The notes under the pieces were generated by a model. It ran no database searches. It saw nothing but the letters and a program-made list of their open reading frames with translations, and had not been told where the DNA came from. A stretch of 64,000 nucleotides of DNA, taken from NCBI GenBank assembly GCA_023379805.1, contig JAMCPI010000017.1, forward strand, positions 19,977 to 83,976, given 5' to 3'. The position numbers were made by a program, and so were the translations under genes. Of this stretch, positions 44,869 to 53,783 are shown in pieces (positions within the stretch are counted from its first letter, which is position 1; each line of letters opens with the position of its first letter). This stretch comes from Nitrososphaerota archaeon (GTDB lineage: Archaea > Thermoproteota > Nitrososphaeria > Nitrososphaerales > JACPRH01).

Positions 44869-45036
44869 CTAGGCCGCTTTGCTGTCTATTTTTAACGAGA
44901 ACTCGTAAGGCGAGAGTTGATGCCCGCACTTTCCGCATTTTCCCGCCGTATTTTTTAACACATCGCGTGCACTCCGCATATCGTAGCCTGAATAGAGCGC
45001 GGTACCACAGTCTGAACACACAATTTTAAAGACCAA
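44869..45036 (-). CDS. Small zinc-ribbon protein (55 aa; not in ORF track frame list)
   Basis: The reverse-strand reading is (L)VFKIVCSDCGTALYSGYDMRSARDVLKNTAGKCGKCGHQLSPYEFSLKIDSKAA. It has a CxxC...CxxC pattern. The start is TTG 45036 or GTG 45021 and the stop is 44869-44871. The track's overlapping 44825-45019 ORF is in a different frame and looks spurious. Confidence 0.45.
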   Translation of the reverse strand: MVFKIVCSDCGTALYSGYDMRSARDVLKNTAGKCGKCGHQLSPYEFSLKIDSKAA

Positions 45037-45203
45037 CCCAGCTCAGAAACTTCACTCTGACAGTCTAGACATATAGTTTTTGGTGTAGATATCTATACTA
45101 ACTATGCAAAGATTGTAGCTTTAGTCCTGTTAGTCAAGTTGGAACTCGCTAGTACTCTGCCGTAAGTAGCAGTAAAGATCTATAAATTCTGTATATATCA
45201 AAC

Positions 45204-45212
45204 CCTTATATT
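45204..45212 (+). promoter_or_regulatory. Putative TATA element of paralog 8
   Basis: CCTTATATT lies 40 nt upstream of ATG 45244, similar to the class III ACTTATATT element and its spacing. Confidence 0.4.
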
Positions 45213-45243
45213 TTGCTGATCTCGGCAAGATCTCGAATATACT

Positions 45244-47367
45244 ATGTCACTTACTAGACATTATAGAGTAGCAATACTCTCCGTACTCGTAATTCTAGTA
45301 TTCAGCACATTCATACCAGCACTAGTGTACGCAGCACCCCAAGGCAGTTCTGAAAAGGATTGGCAATACACTGACGGCAACTCTTGGGCATGGAACTACA
45401 GCCCAGAGACTCAGATCAACAAGAACAATGTGCAGAATCTAGAGGTAAAGTGGGTCTTCCCAATAGGCACCAAAGCAAGTGCCCCCGCGGCACTGCCAAC
45501 TGCAAACTTAGGTGAAGGCTCAACCACACCACCAATAGTAAAGGATGGAACGGTCTTTATCACAACAAAGTACCTAAAGACCTACGCCATAGACGCGAAA
45601 ACCGGCGCTCAGAAATGGGTGCATGACTACAAAGTCGACTACAAAACAATTGCAGAAAAACTGAAGATCTCAATGAGTCTCGTCCTATCCCACCTTCACG
45701 GCACACGATACTGGGCGGGTGGAGACGCGATAATTAACACAGGAATAGTCTGCGACTTCTACGGCGTAGACGCCAAAACCGGTAGTGAAAAGTTCCGAGT
45801 TAACGATCTCTGCAAAGACGTACCCGGAAACATCTACAGCTACAAACCATCTCCTTCACAGCAAAACAACATAGGTACGTATGACAAAGGTCGTCAATTC
45901 ATCTACGTGCTGCCTGGAAACATGCATGGCGGACACGGCTCACTATACTACGGTGATGCAAGACACGTTACCATGGGCATCAGCATGGATAATTACCAAG
46001 TACAATGGCGCATCTACAGCTACCCACCTCAAGACGTCCCAACTAAAGACTGGGCTCTGCAAGAGTGCAGCATCGGATATTTCCAAACCTACCCCTGCAC
46101 AGATGTAGCAGCAAAGAACCAAGCCCAACTCGAATGGGACTGGGCAATGCCCGGTGAAAAACCAAGCCCCTACGGCGGAGTCACAGCTAACTGGGGACAA
46201 CCAGTAGTTGACGAAGACACAGGCATCCTATACACCAACACAGGCAACCAAGGACCATACACAAACATGACGCTCACACCCGGACCACGTCTCTACGGGT
46301 CAACCATCATGGCTATTGACATGAACGCAGGCAAACGCATATGGTGGCTACAACCCTTCCCGCACGACCCATACGACTATGACTGCAACTGGAGCGGCAT
46401 CCTCGCTGATGTCCCGACTCTAGGCAAGGTCTACATGAAGGGATGCAAGGAAGGTATCTTGTACGTGATGGATGCGGCCACAGGCAAGCCGAAGTATACA
46501 GTGGATGTAATCAATGATCAGGTGAAGTGGGGACAGGTAAGTGCAGCTGCAGCTACCGAGGTAAGCAAAGGTGGCATAAAGCACCACAAATCTGATCCGT
46601 TCAGCACGGACCTAAGAGAATGGAGGTTCATCTCAGATGGAAAGTACTGTGGATTGCCTTGCCCAATATATCCAACATTCGGCAACGGACTCTTCGCCAC
46701 CGACATGTCATACGATCCACAAACAAGCACATTATACCACTACGCACTAGGCGCAATGGCGAACATGATTGGAGAATTCCCGTATGTAGAAGGAAAGGCT
46801 CTAAACGCGTTCCAAACACCTGCTCAGTCTAACGTCACGCTAGTCGCTAGAGATGCAGCTACCGGTAAGGTCAAGTGGACCTACTTCTACGGACTCTCCG
46901 GTCAACGCGCCCACATGGTGGTGACACCAGACCTACTCTTCACAGGCTTCAACGACGGCATTATGAGGTTCTTCGACAAGAACACAGGTAAAGTGATATT
47001 CGAAAAGCCTCTAGGCGCAGGAATCTCAGTGGGAGTCACAACAGGTCAGGACTCAGATGGCAAACAAAAGATATTCGCGATACCCGGCAGCTCAGTTGTA
47101 GTAGCCCTCGGTCTCGCTGATAAAACCAGTGAAGTCAAAACCACAACAGTCACTTCCACAGCAGCTACTACTCAGACAGTCACAACAACACAAACAGCTC
47201 AAACACAAACAACCACAGTCACCTCAAGTGCACCGGCTAAAACCACGACAGTGGTTTCATCAGTCACACAGACAACCGGATTACCTTCAGAAGTCACCTA
47301 CGCAGCAGTCGGTATAGCTGTAATAGCTATCATCGCAGCAGCAGTACTAGTGATGCGTAAGAAGTAG
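45244..47367 (+). CDS. Secreted PQQ-dehydrogenase-like beta-propeller with stalk and C-terminal anchor (paralog 8, satellite copy)
   Basis: 707 aa. The signal peptide ends ...FSTFIPALVYAAP. Motifs present: HGTRYWAGGDA, PHDPYDYDCNWSG. The tail is GLPSEVTYAAVGIAVIAIIAAAVLVMRKK. Confidence 0.9.
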   Translation: MSLTRHYRVAILSVLVILVFSTFIPALVYAAPQGSSEKDWQYTDGNSWAWNYSPETQINKNNVQNLEVKWVFPIGTKASAPAALPTANLGEGSTTPPIVKDGTVFITTKYLKTYAIDAKTGAQKWVHDYKVDYKTIAEKLKISMSLVLSHLHGTRYWAGGDAIINTGIVCDFYGVDAKTGSEKFRVNDLCKDVPGNIYSYKPSPSQQNNIGTYDKGRQFIYVLPGNMHGGHGSLYYGDARHVTMGISMDNYQVQWRIYSYPPQDVPTKDWALQECSIGYFQTYPCTDVAAKNQAQLEWDWAMPGEKPSPYGGVTANWGQPVVDEDTGILYTNTGNQGPYTNMTLTPGPRLYGSTIMAIDMNAGKRIWWLQPFPHDPYDYDCNWSGILADVPTLGKVYMKGCKEGILYVMDAATGKPKYTVDVINDQVKWGQVSAAAATEVSKGGIKHHKSDPFSTDLREWRFISDGKYCGLPCPIYPTFGNGLFATDMSYDPQTSTLYHYALGAMANMIGEFPYVEGKALNAFQTPAQSNVTLVARDAATGKVKWTYFYGLSGQRAHMVVTPDLLFTGFNDGIMRFFDKNTGKVIFEKPLGAGISVGVTTGQDSDGKQKIFAIPGSSVVVALGLADKTSEVKTTTVTSTAATTQTVTTTQTAQTQTTTVTSSAPAKTTTVVSSVTQTTGLPSEVTYAAVGIAVIAIIAAAVLVMRKK

Positions 47368-47385
47368 AAAAACGAGTAGAATACA

Positions 47386-47422
47386 GCGATCTCTCGTAAG
47401 AGAGATCGTCTTTTAATTTTTT
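47386..47422 (+). terminator. Hairpin + T-tract (paralog 8)
   Basis: CGATCTCTC (47387-47395), loop gtaa, GAGAGATCG (47400-47408), followed by TTTTAATTTTTT. Confidence 0.55.
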
Positions 47423-47562
47423 ATCTAGTTGAACAGCAACGTAGTTTCTAACTATGCATTTGTATATATTTCTCATTAAGTAGATACATGATATATGCAC
47501 TATAGAATATTCATTCACAAATTTTTTTTGCTTCAGTTGTTCCTTCCCACTAACGCGGATAC

Positions 47563-47678
47563 TTTCGCGGAACTTAGGGGTGCTGCGAAGGTGTGGGGGT
47601 GTGGCGGCCCGCTTCAGGCTGGTTAATATTTTCCCCACGGACGTAGGAGCCACATGCTTGCGTCTATCAGCGTGAATT
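47563..47678 (+). ncRNA. Copy C of the ~100-nt conserved intergenic element (candidate structured RNA)
   Basis: The core is GGGGTGCTGCGAAGGTGTGGGGGTGTGGCGGCCCGCTTCAGGCTGGTTAATATTTTCCCCACGG. The hairpin is GGACGTAGG (47649-47657) / CTTGCGTCT (47667-47675), fully paired through compensatory changes. Confidence 0.4.
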
Positions 47679-47843
47679 ATGTCAAGTAGGCGTGAAGTAA
47701 TGTGATCGCGTTGCTTGTGCAGGGTCAGCTTATCTCTACAGCAAAAAGAGAGATGATGCTTCTCTAGCTTGGCACGAATTAGTTGTCGTAAAAACCTATG
47801 ATTAATATTATTAACCCATTTTTCGGAGGCCACCTATACATCT

Positions 47844-50015
47844 ATGGATTATCACTACTCTGCTGCTGAGCCGCCTTATACGCTGGTGATCTGCGAAAAA
47901 CCGGATGCTGCGCAACGCATAGCTGATGCTCTAAAGGAGGGCGATTTGAAGCAGAGCAGCTACGGCAGAGTAAAGACCTTCACACTCACCTACAGAGGAA
48001 GACGCTACGTGATATGCTCCGCGCTAGGCCACCTGTACAGCATAGGTGACCCCTCTCAGAAACGCCACATATACCCCGTGTTTGACGTAGAGTGGTTCCC
48101 CGCATACAAGATGGATAAGAAGAGAAGCTACACCGCCCAGCGGATAGAAACAATCCATAGACTAGCAGCTGGAGCGGACTCCTTCATCAACGCCTGCGAC
48201 TTCGATTTAGAAGGCGAAACAATCGGATACAACATCTTGAAGTACGCCTGCGGCGAGAAGCAGAGCAACGCATTCAGAGCCAAATTCTCCACCCTCACCG
48301 AGGAGGAGCTAAGAGAAGCATTCCAGACAGCTTCACGCGGCTTAGGCGAAGGATTAGCTCAAGCAGGCAGAACGAGACACGCCGTGGACTTCATCTTCGG
48401 CATAAACCTGTCAAGAGCACTCTCCGAGTCTTACTACGCCTCCAACAAGCGTTACCGTGTCGTCACAATAGGTCGTGTGCAGGGACCAACACTCTCCTAC
48501 GCGGTGCAGCGGGAAATCGAGATACGAACCTTCGTCACAACACCCTTCTGGACAATCACAGCAGAGCTGGACAAGAACGGCACCGTCATAACCGCGGAGT
48601 ACGAGAAGAGACGCATCGCACAGCTAGCGGAGGTTAACCAGATAACTGAGGCCTGTCGAGGAAAGACCGGTACAGTCAGCAACATAACTCGATCACGTTT
48701 CCAGCAGCCCCCACCCACCCCCTTCGACATCGGGGATCTGCAGAAAGAGGTCTACCGCATCTTCGGCTACTCCCCAAGCCAAACACTCAAAATCGCCGAG
48801 CGACTCTACTTGGACGCACTCATCTCCTATCCACGCACCTCAAGCCAGAAGCTCCCACCGTCAATCAACTACCGGAAAATCCTCTCAGGGCTACAGCGAA
48901 ACCGGGAGTACACCAGAGAAGCTGAAGAGGTATCAAGAGGCAGACTCCAACCGCATGAAGGCGCTAAAACAGACCCAGCGCACCCAGCCATCTACCCAAC
49001 CGGCGAGCTCCCCAGAAGAACCCTAACCTCAACTGAGAAGCAGCTCTACGACCTAGTTGTCAGAAGGTTCCTAGCGGTCTTCAGCGAATACGCGCTCAGG
49101 GAAGGAGTATCCGCAACAATCAACATCGCAGGCTACCTCTTCAAAATCTACGGACGCATCACTTTGAGAGAGGGCTGGCTGAAGTATTACCGCAAATACA
49201 CAGGAACAGAGGACAGAGCAACCCCGAATCTCGCCGAAGGCGAGGAGCTCCCAGTCCTCAGCGTGATACCTAAAGAGAAGTTTGATCAGCCGCCGCCCAG
49301 ATACAACCAGAGCAGCCTACTTGAGAAGATGGAGGCCGAAGAGATAGGAACCAAGGCGACTCGGGCGGACATCATCAAAACACTTTACGACCGAGGCTAC
49401 CTAGCTGAACGCAGCATCATAGCCACCGACCTAGCCTTCTCAGTCGTCGAGCTAATGGCGAAACACAGCCCCCGCATCATCTCAACAGAGATGACACGAG
49501 GAATTGAGGAGCATCTAAGACAGATAGAGCAGGGCGAAATCGACGAGGAGCAGGTCATCCAAGAAGCAGTGGACCAACTCTACGAGTCGCTGACAACAAT
49601 CAAAGACGCTGAAGAAGAGATAGGCGTAGAGATGACCGAAGCCATAACAAAAACGGTCCGGGAAATGAACAGCCTCGGCCCCTGCCCGAAGTGCAAAACA
49701 GGAACCTTACACGTCATCCGCTCAAAGAAAACCCATAAACGATTCGTCGGCTGCAGCAACTACCAGCAAGGAGGATGCAACGCCTCAGCACCACTACCTC
49801 AGAAAGGCACCTTAACCATACCCGGAAAAAGCTGCCCCACCTGCGGATGGCCCATCGTCTACGTCCGGTTCGGACGATACCCTTGGCGACTATGCATCAA
49901 CATGAACTGCCCAACAAAAGAAAAGGAGAAGGAGAAAAAAGAGAATGAAACCCCGCGCAAAATGCCCACTATGCGGAAGAGAAGCAGCAACAGTAGAAGC
50001 AGCAGAAGCAGCTGA
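47844..50015 (+). CDS. topA: DNA topoisomerase, type IA
   Basis: The Toprim start is LVICEKPDAA. DFDLEGE and the active-site region ISYPRTSSQ are present. The C-terminal zinc ribbons are CPKCKTG...CSNY and CPTCGWP. Confidence 0.9.
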   Translation: MDYHYSAAEPPYTLVICEKPDAAQRIADALKEGDLKQSSYGRVKTFTLTYRGRRYVICSALGHLYSIGDPSQKRHIYPVFDVEWFPAYKMDKKRSYTAQRIETIHRLAAGADSFINACDFDLEGETIGYNILKYACGEKQSNAFRAKFSTLTEEELREAFQTASRGLGEGLAQAGRTRHAVDFIFGINLSRALSESYYASNKRYRVVTIGRVQGPTLSYAVQREIEIRTFVTTPFWTITAELDKNGTVITAEYEKRRIAQLAEVNQITEACRGKTGTVSNITRSRFQQPPPTPFDIGDLQKEVYRIFGYSPSQTLKIAERLYLDALISYPRTSSQKLPPSINYRKILSGLQRNREYTREAEEVSRGRLQPHEGAKTDPAHPAIYPTGELPRRTLTSTEKQLYDLVVRRFLAVFSEYALREGVSATINIAGYLFKIYGRITLREGWLKYYRKYTGTEDRATPNLAEGEELPVLSVIPKEKFDQPPPRYNQSSLLEKMEAEEIGTKATRADIIKTLYDRGYLAERSIIATDLAFSVVELMAKHSPRIISTEMTRGIEEHLRQIEQGEIDEEQVIQEAVDQLYESLTTIKDAEEEIGVEMTEAITKTVREMNSLGPCPKCKTGTLHVIRSKKTHKRFVGCSNYQQGGCNASAPLPQKGTLTIPGKSCPTCGWPIVYVRFGRYPWRLCINMNCPTKEKEKEKKENETPRKMPTMRKRSSNSRSSRSS

Positions 50016-50229
50016 CAGTAACAACAGTAGCAGCAGCAGTACCGGGTTCTGCCGCTACCATCAGCAGGCGTACGAGAACCTTAAGGCCGGCTTCGAAAAA
50101 TGGCGTTACGCCTACGGCGAAACCAGCTGGACAGACTACCTGCGGCTAATAGCCAATATACCTGAAACCGGAGCATGGGTCAAAGAATGCTGCGAACACC
50201 TGCTCAGAGAGAAGAAGACCTCATACTAG
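49945..50229 (+). CDS. Hypothetical small Cys/His protein overlapping the topA 3' end
   Basis: 94 aa. It has CPLCG...CRYH and a conserved-looking C-terminal half (WRYAYGETSWTDYLRLIANIPETGAWVKECCEHL). It overlaps topA by 71 nt in another frame. Confidence 0.4.
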   Translation: MKPRAKCPLCGREAATVEAAEAADSNNSSSSSTGFCRYHQQAYENLKAGFEKWRYAYGETSWTDYLRLIANIPETGAWVKECCEHLLREKKTSY

Positions 50230-50715
50230 TAGACTCAACCTACTGCTTCACACAATCTAACAATCTCTAATCAACCAGCAATTCATTACTTGCAGACCTA
50301 AACAGCCACCATAGCAATTCCGCTATCCACAGAGAGAAAAACACTGGGGAGTAGTCCTGCAAGCCTGATCATCACACCCTTGCAAGCCTTGCATCCAGCA
50401 GCAATACCTCTAAGGCATATCCTGTCAAGCAAAAGCCGGAACAATGCAACTCCTTCAATGCTTTAAAAACCTCCCCCCCTCGGACTACGGCAGCACTGGT
50501 GCCGGCGCACCAACGCGTACTAGTCTTCTTTGTGAAGCAGTCATGATGAACGGATGCCGTCTGCCCTACATGAGATCGCGATACCCCAAAACGATCCTGG
50601 TGAGCAAAGGTATACAGTTTCGGATTCTGTTGATTACTGGCCGGTGAAGGTATTGACTAGGTTTGTCCCATCGCCTTGGCAACAGAAGAGTATAGCAAAC
50701 TGAGTCGTCTATTCC

Positions 50716-51195
50716 TTATCGAATTAGCTTTCCGACACTTTCGAGGTAACTGAATAATTCCTGATTGTTCCTAAGATCTGCATCTTGGCAAGATAGAGAA
50801 GGGTAACACGGTTCTACTCGGATAGTGTCGGTTGACCCGTTTTGAACAGCTAAAATGTCTATTATCACTATGCCTGAATGAGGCACGGAAAAGATATCTG
50901 ACCAAAACGACCCGTAGTAAATGATTCTGCCGTTCAGTTTAGCCGCGAAAGGCTTCTGCGCTACCTTCAAAGTCTTAATTTCATCTATTCCTTCCTGATT
51001 AAGCTTGATTGTATGAGATGTTGCATTATACGAGACTATGCCTTTATCTGAAATGACCAGTTCATTACTCTCCATAAGATAGATTCCAAACTCTCGGTTT
51101 GAACCCGCTAACTGATAACTCACGACGAACAAAACCACAGCCGCAAGGATCCCAGCAAACAGGATGATTATCCAACGTTTGCCATTATCTCTCAT
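50716..51195 (-). CDS. Hypothetical N-terminally anchored protein
   Basis: 159 aa. A single N-terminal TM (WIIILFAGILAAVVLFVVSY) is followed by a soluble domain. Confidence 0.45.
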   Translation of the reverse strand: MRDNGKRWIIILFAGILAAVVLFVVSYQLAGSNREFGIYLMESNELVISDKGIVSYNATSHTIKLNQEGIDEIKTLKVAQKPFAAKLNGRIIYYGSFWSDIFSVPHSGIVIIDILAVQNGSTDTIRVEPCYPSLSCQDADLRNNQELFSYLESVGKLIR

Positions 51196-51337
51196 ACTTC
51201 ATTCATTGAGATGCGGAACGGTCAAGCGGCGCAATAAATCTTTTGAAAATGCGCGTATCAATTCCGGATTATAACACCCAGCAAACCCGCCTTAACTTAC
51301 GAGACTCCTCAAAATTTACCATGATCTACTTATTATA

Positions 51338-51805
51338 GTGGTCAAGATGCAGACCGTTGGAGTCGGAGAGCGATTAAGGATGGGTTTGAAGAAGAAGACC
51401 GGTGCACTCGTCCATCGCGTTGAGAGCCACAGCGTAGTTTCAAACACGCTTAGAAGCTTCTCCCGCACCTCAGTCTTAGATGTTTTGAGGGACAGGGTGC
51501 TTGAAATCGTCTACGTCATCGCAATTCTGCTCTTCTCTTCAGGCCTCATCAACGGTATGATCGAGGGCTCCTCACCTTACGTAGGGAACTTCCTCATCTA
51601 CCCGCGAAGCGGCATACAAACCATACCTGAGACCTTCATCTACCTATTCACAATGTTGATTGGAAGCTTAGGTGTTTACCTGCTCTACTTAGGTGCACGA
51701 CAAGGCCTGCGCCGCCGCATCGCCAACTTCTACCTGGCCTTCGGCTTCTCAGCAGTCATCATCGCGCTATCATTCGCGCTATTCATCTTCGAGCTTAAAA
51801 TGTAG
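51338..51805 (+). CDS. Hypothetical membrane protein
   Basis: 155 aa (GTG start) with 3 hydrophobic helices. No family recognised. Confidence 0.45.
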   Translation: MVKMQTVGVGERLRMGLKKKTGALVHRVESHSVVSNTLRSFSRTSVLDVLRDRVLEIVYVIAILLFSSGLINGMIEGSSPYVGNFLIYPRSGIQTIPETFIYLFTMLIGSLGVYLLYLGARQGLRRRIANFYLAFGFSAVIIALSFALFIFELKM

Positions 51806-52462
51806 AGTCGCGCCTTCAAGCAAGGGGTCACGGCTTTTCAGCACCGAAACCTCAAGCAGCCCAGAAGCGTCACGGCTAAGTCGCAGAATCAAATCGCTTC
51901 TCTTCCTAAGAAGCCTTCCACCCGCATAGGTTTTGAACCAAGCATCCTTATCCTCACCTCTCTTCCCAGCCCGCATCATACTGGTTAGAAGCAGACGCCC
52001 CCCGCTTCTCGACGCAGCCATTGTCAGAAGCGCCAAATACAGTCCCAGACTCTGATTCACCTTAGATGAGTCCATCCCGTCCCGCCTAAGATTATACAGC
52101 GACGTCACCGAGTCGAAGACAACAGTGTCAATCTGAACCCCGCTTAAAGAGTTGACACCCGCAACCACATCATCAATGTCGTTGTCACGCGGCCTGAAGA
52201 CCCGCAGACTCTCCGCGTAGGGAAGCTCCGCGTGACTCTCAACAAACACTGTGAAGGCTGTGTCAATGTCAAGGTAGATTATCACACCAGCAGCCCCTTC
52301 TTCTCCGGCTCCGCCTTCACCTCCGTGGCGCCAACTCAGAATCTCGGAGATGAACTCCGTCTTAACCTTCTGGTCGTCACAGAACAGCGCTGTAACCTTA
52401 GAGTCTGAAAGCAGACCCTTGACGCCGGCTAAATCGAGAGCCAACCTTACTGATACCACCAC
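51779..52462 (-). CDS. RecA/KaiC-fold protein with degenerate Walker A
   Basis: VTALFCDDQKVKTEF occupies the position of G..G.GKT. VIIYLDIDTAF and TVVFDSVTSLY resemble RadB/KaiC core strands. Confidence 0.4.
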   Translation of the reverse strand: MVVSVRLALDLAGVKGLLSDSKVTALFCDDQKVKTEFISEILSWRHGGEGGAGEEGAAGVIIYLDIDTAFTVFVESHAELPYAESLRVFRPRDNDIDDVVAGVNSLSGVQIDTVVFDSVTSLYNLRRDGMDSSKVNQSLGLYLALLTMAASRSGGRLLLTSMMRAGKRGEDKDAWFKTYAGGRLLRKRSDLILRLSRDASGLLEVSVLKSRDPLLEGATLHFKLEDE

Positions 52463-52516
52463 ACGATTGTCAGCGCATGGGAAAAGATTTACGCATCATC
52501 ATTTAGTACTTATCTC

Positions 52517-53170
52517 GTGAAGAGATCTGTCCGAGATGACGAGCCTCCACAGGTAGCGGTCGCCACACTCGACGCGCGAGCATACTACGCACTCACCTCG
52601 CTTATGAAAACTATGAACCTCCCCTTCTCAAGCATCACACCCGGTGAGCCGAGAGACATCGGCGTCAAACTAGTACTCACCACGCAGAGCGAGAAGAGAC
52701 GCATCAATGAAGGCGAAGAGGAAAATGTTCTCTGCATAGAAGATCTAACCGGAGGCGCCGCGGCGGTGAAGGAGAAAATATTCTCCATCCTGTACAGCGG
52801 CGGAGACGACATCCTAGTAATCGGAATAGACCCGGGAGAAAAAACCGGTATCGCAGCCTACTACCGCGACAAAGAGATAGTCAAAGAAATCGCCAGATCA
52901 TACAGAGACACCCTGACCAAGGTCGAAACCCTCATCCGAGAATCAAAAGCCGAGCGGAAAATAATCCGAATAGGCGACGGAAACCCGAAGATAGCCAGAG
53001 AAATAGCTTATCGACTCCTACAGAAATTCAACAGCAAAATCGAGGTAGAAATAGTGGATGAACGAGGCACCTCCACAATCACAAAACTCCTACCAACAGG
53101 AGAAACACGAGACCTGAGATCCGCAAGAATGATATCGCTTAGACGCGGACGTCCCTACCACATCGCCTAA
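52517..53170 (+). CDS. RNase H-fold (RuvC/YqgF-like) protein
   Basis: VIGIDPGEKTGIAAY is a typical first-strand motif of RuvC/YqgF-like nucleases. VDERGTST occurs late in the sequence. 217 aa. Confidence 0.45.
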   Translation: MKRSVRDDEPPQVAVATLDARAYYALTSLMKTMNLPFSSITPGEPRDIGVKLVLTTQSEKRRINEGEEENVLCIEDLTGGAAAVKEKIFSILYSGGDDILVIGIDPGEKTGIAAYYRDKEIVKEIARSYRDTLTKVETLIRESKAERKIIRIGDGNPKIAREIAYRLLQKFNSKIEVEIVDERGTSTITKLLPTGETRDLRSARMISLRRGRPYHIA

Positions 53171-53296
53171 CAATGCTGGCAAACAAGCAAACCAACAAAA
53201 CCGGTAACAACCAGCCTCTAATTCCTCAACTGGCCGTGACGTTGATCCGATACGGTTAAAGAATATTCCACCCATCTTCTCTCTGGGTGAAACAGG

Positions 53297-53716
53297 TTGA
53301 GGGTTGTTTCAGAGGAGCTTCACTTGGACACCGAAGGTGAAGGTGACGTGATCGACGTTACGCCCGATTTAACCGGGCTTCTTGACGCAACGGGTCTAAA
53401 AAACGGGCTTCTCACCGTGTTCGTATCAGGCTCCACCGCAGCGGTAACGACAATAGAATTTGAGCCGGGGCTAAAGGAAGACCTGAAGAAAGCGTTGAAC
53501 CGCTTGATCCCCGACAGTATTCCCTACGAGCATGATAAAACTTGGAGCGACGGAAACGGGCACAGCCACATCAGAGCCTCCATGATCGGCCCGAGCCTAA
53601 CGATACCTTTCAAAGACAGGCGTCTCACCCTCGGAACCTGGCAGCAGGTAGTCCTAGTCGAAATGGACATCCGCAGCAGATCACGCCAACTCATCATCCA
53701 AATCATAGGCGAGTAA
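53297..53716 (+). CDS. yjbQ: YjbQ/UPF0047 family (secondary thiamine-phosphate synthase-like)
   Basis: GSTAAVTTIEFEPGL..., DGNGHSHIRASMIGPSLTIPF and LGTWQQVVLVEMD. Confidence 0.8.
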   Translation: MRVVSEELHLDTEGEGDVIDVTPDLTGLLDATGLKNGLLTVFVSGSTAAVTTIEFEPGLKEDLKKALNRLIPDSIPYEHDKTWSDGNGHSHIRASMIGPSLTIPFKDRRLTLGTWQQVVLVEMDIRSRSRQLIIQIIGE

Positions 53717-53783
53717 CAGACAAACAAAAGAACAGCCAAGCTAACCGTTGAACAGATACGTTTCCTATTCCATTGATGCTAGA

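Noticed and set aside
47330-47833. 167-aa minus-strand ORF spanning the paralog 8 / topA intergenic region.
   Set aside because: It covers the paralog 8 terminator hairpin, the conserved intergenic element copy C and the topA promoter. It has no recognisable motifs, and the homologous element copies elsewhere are not in ORFs.
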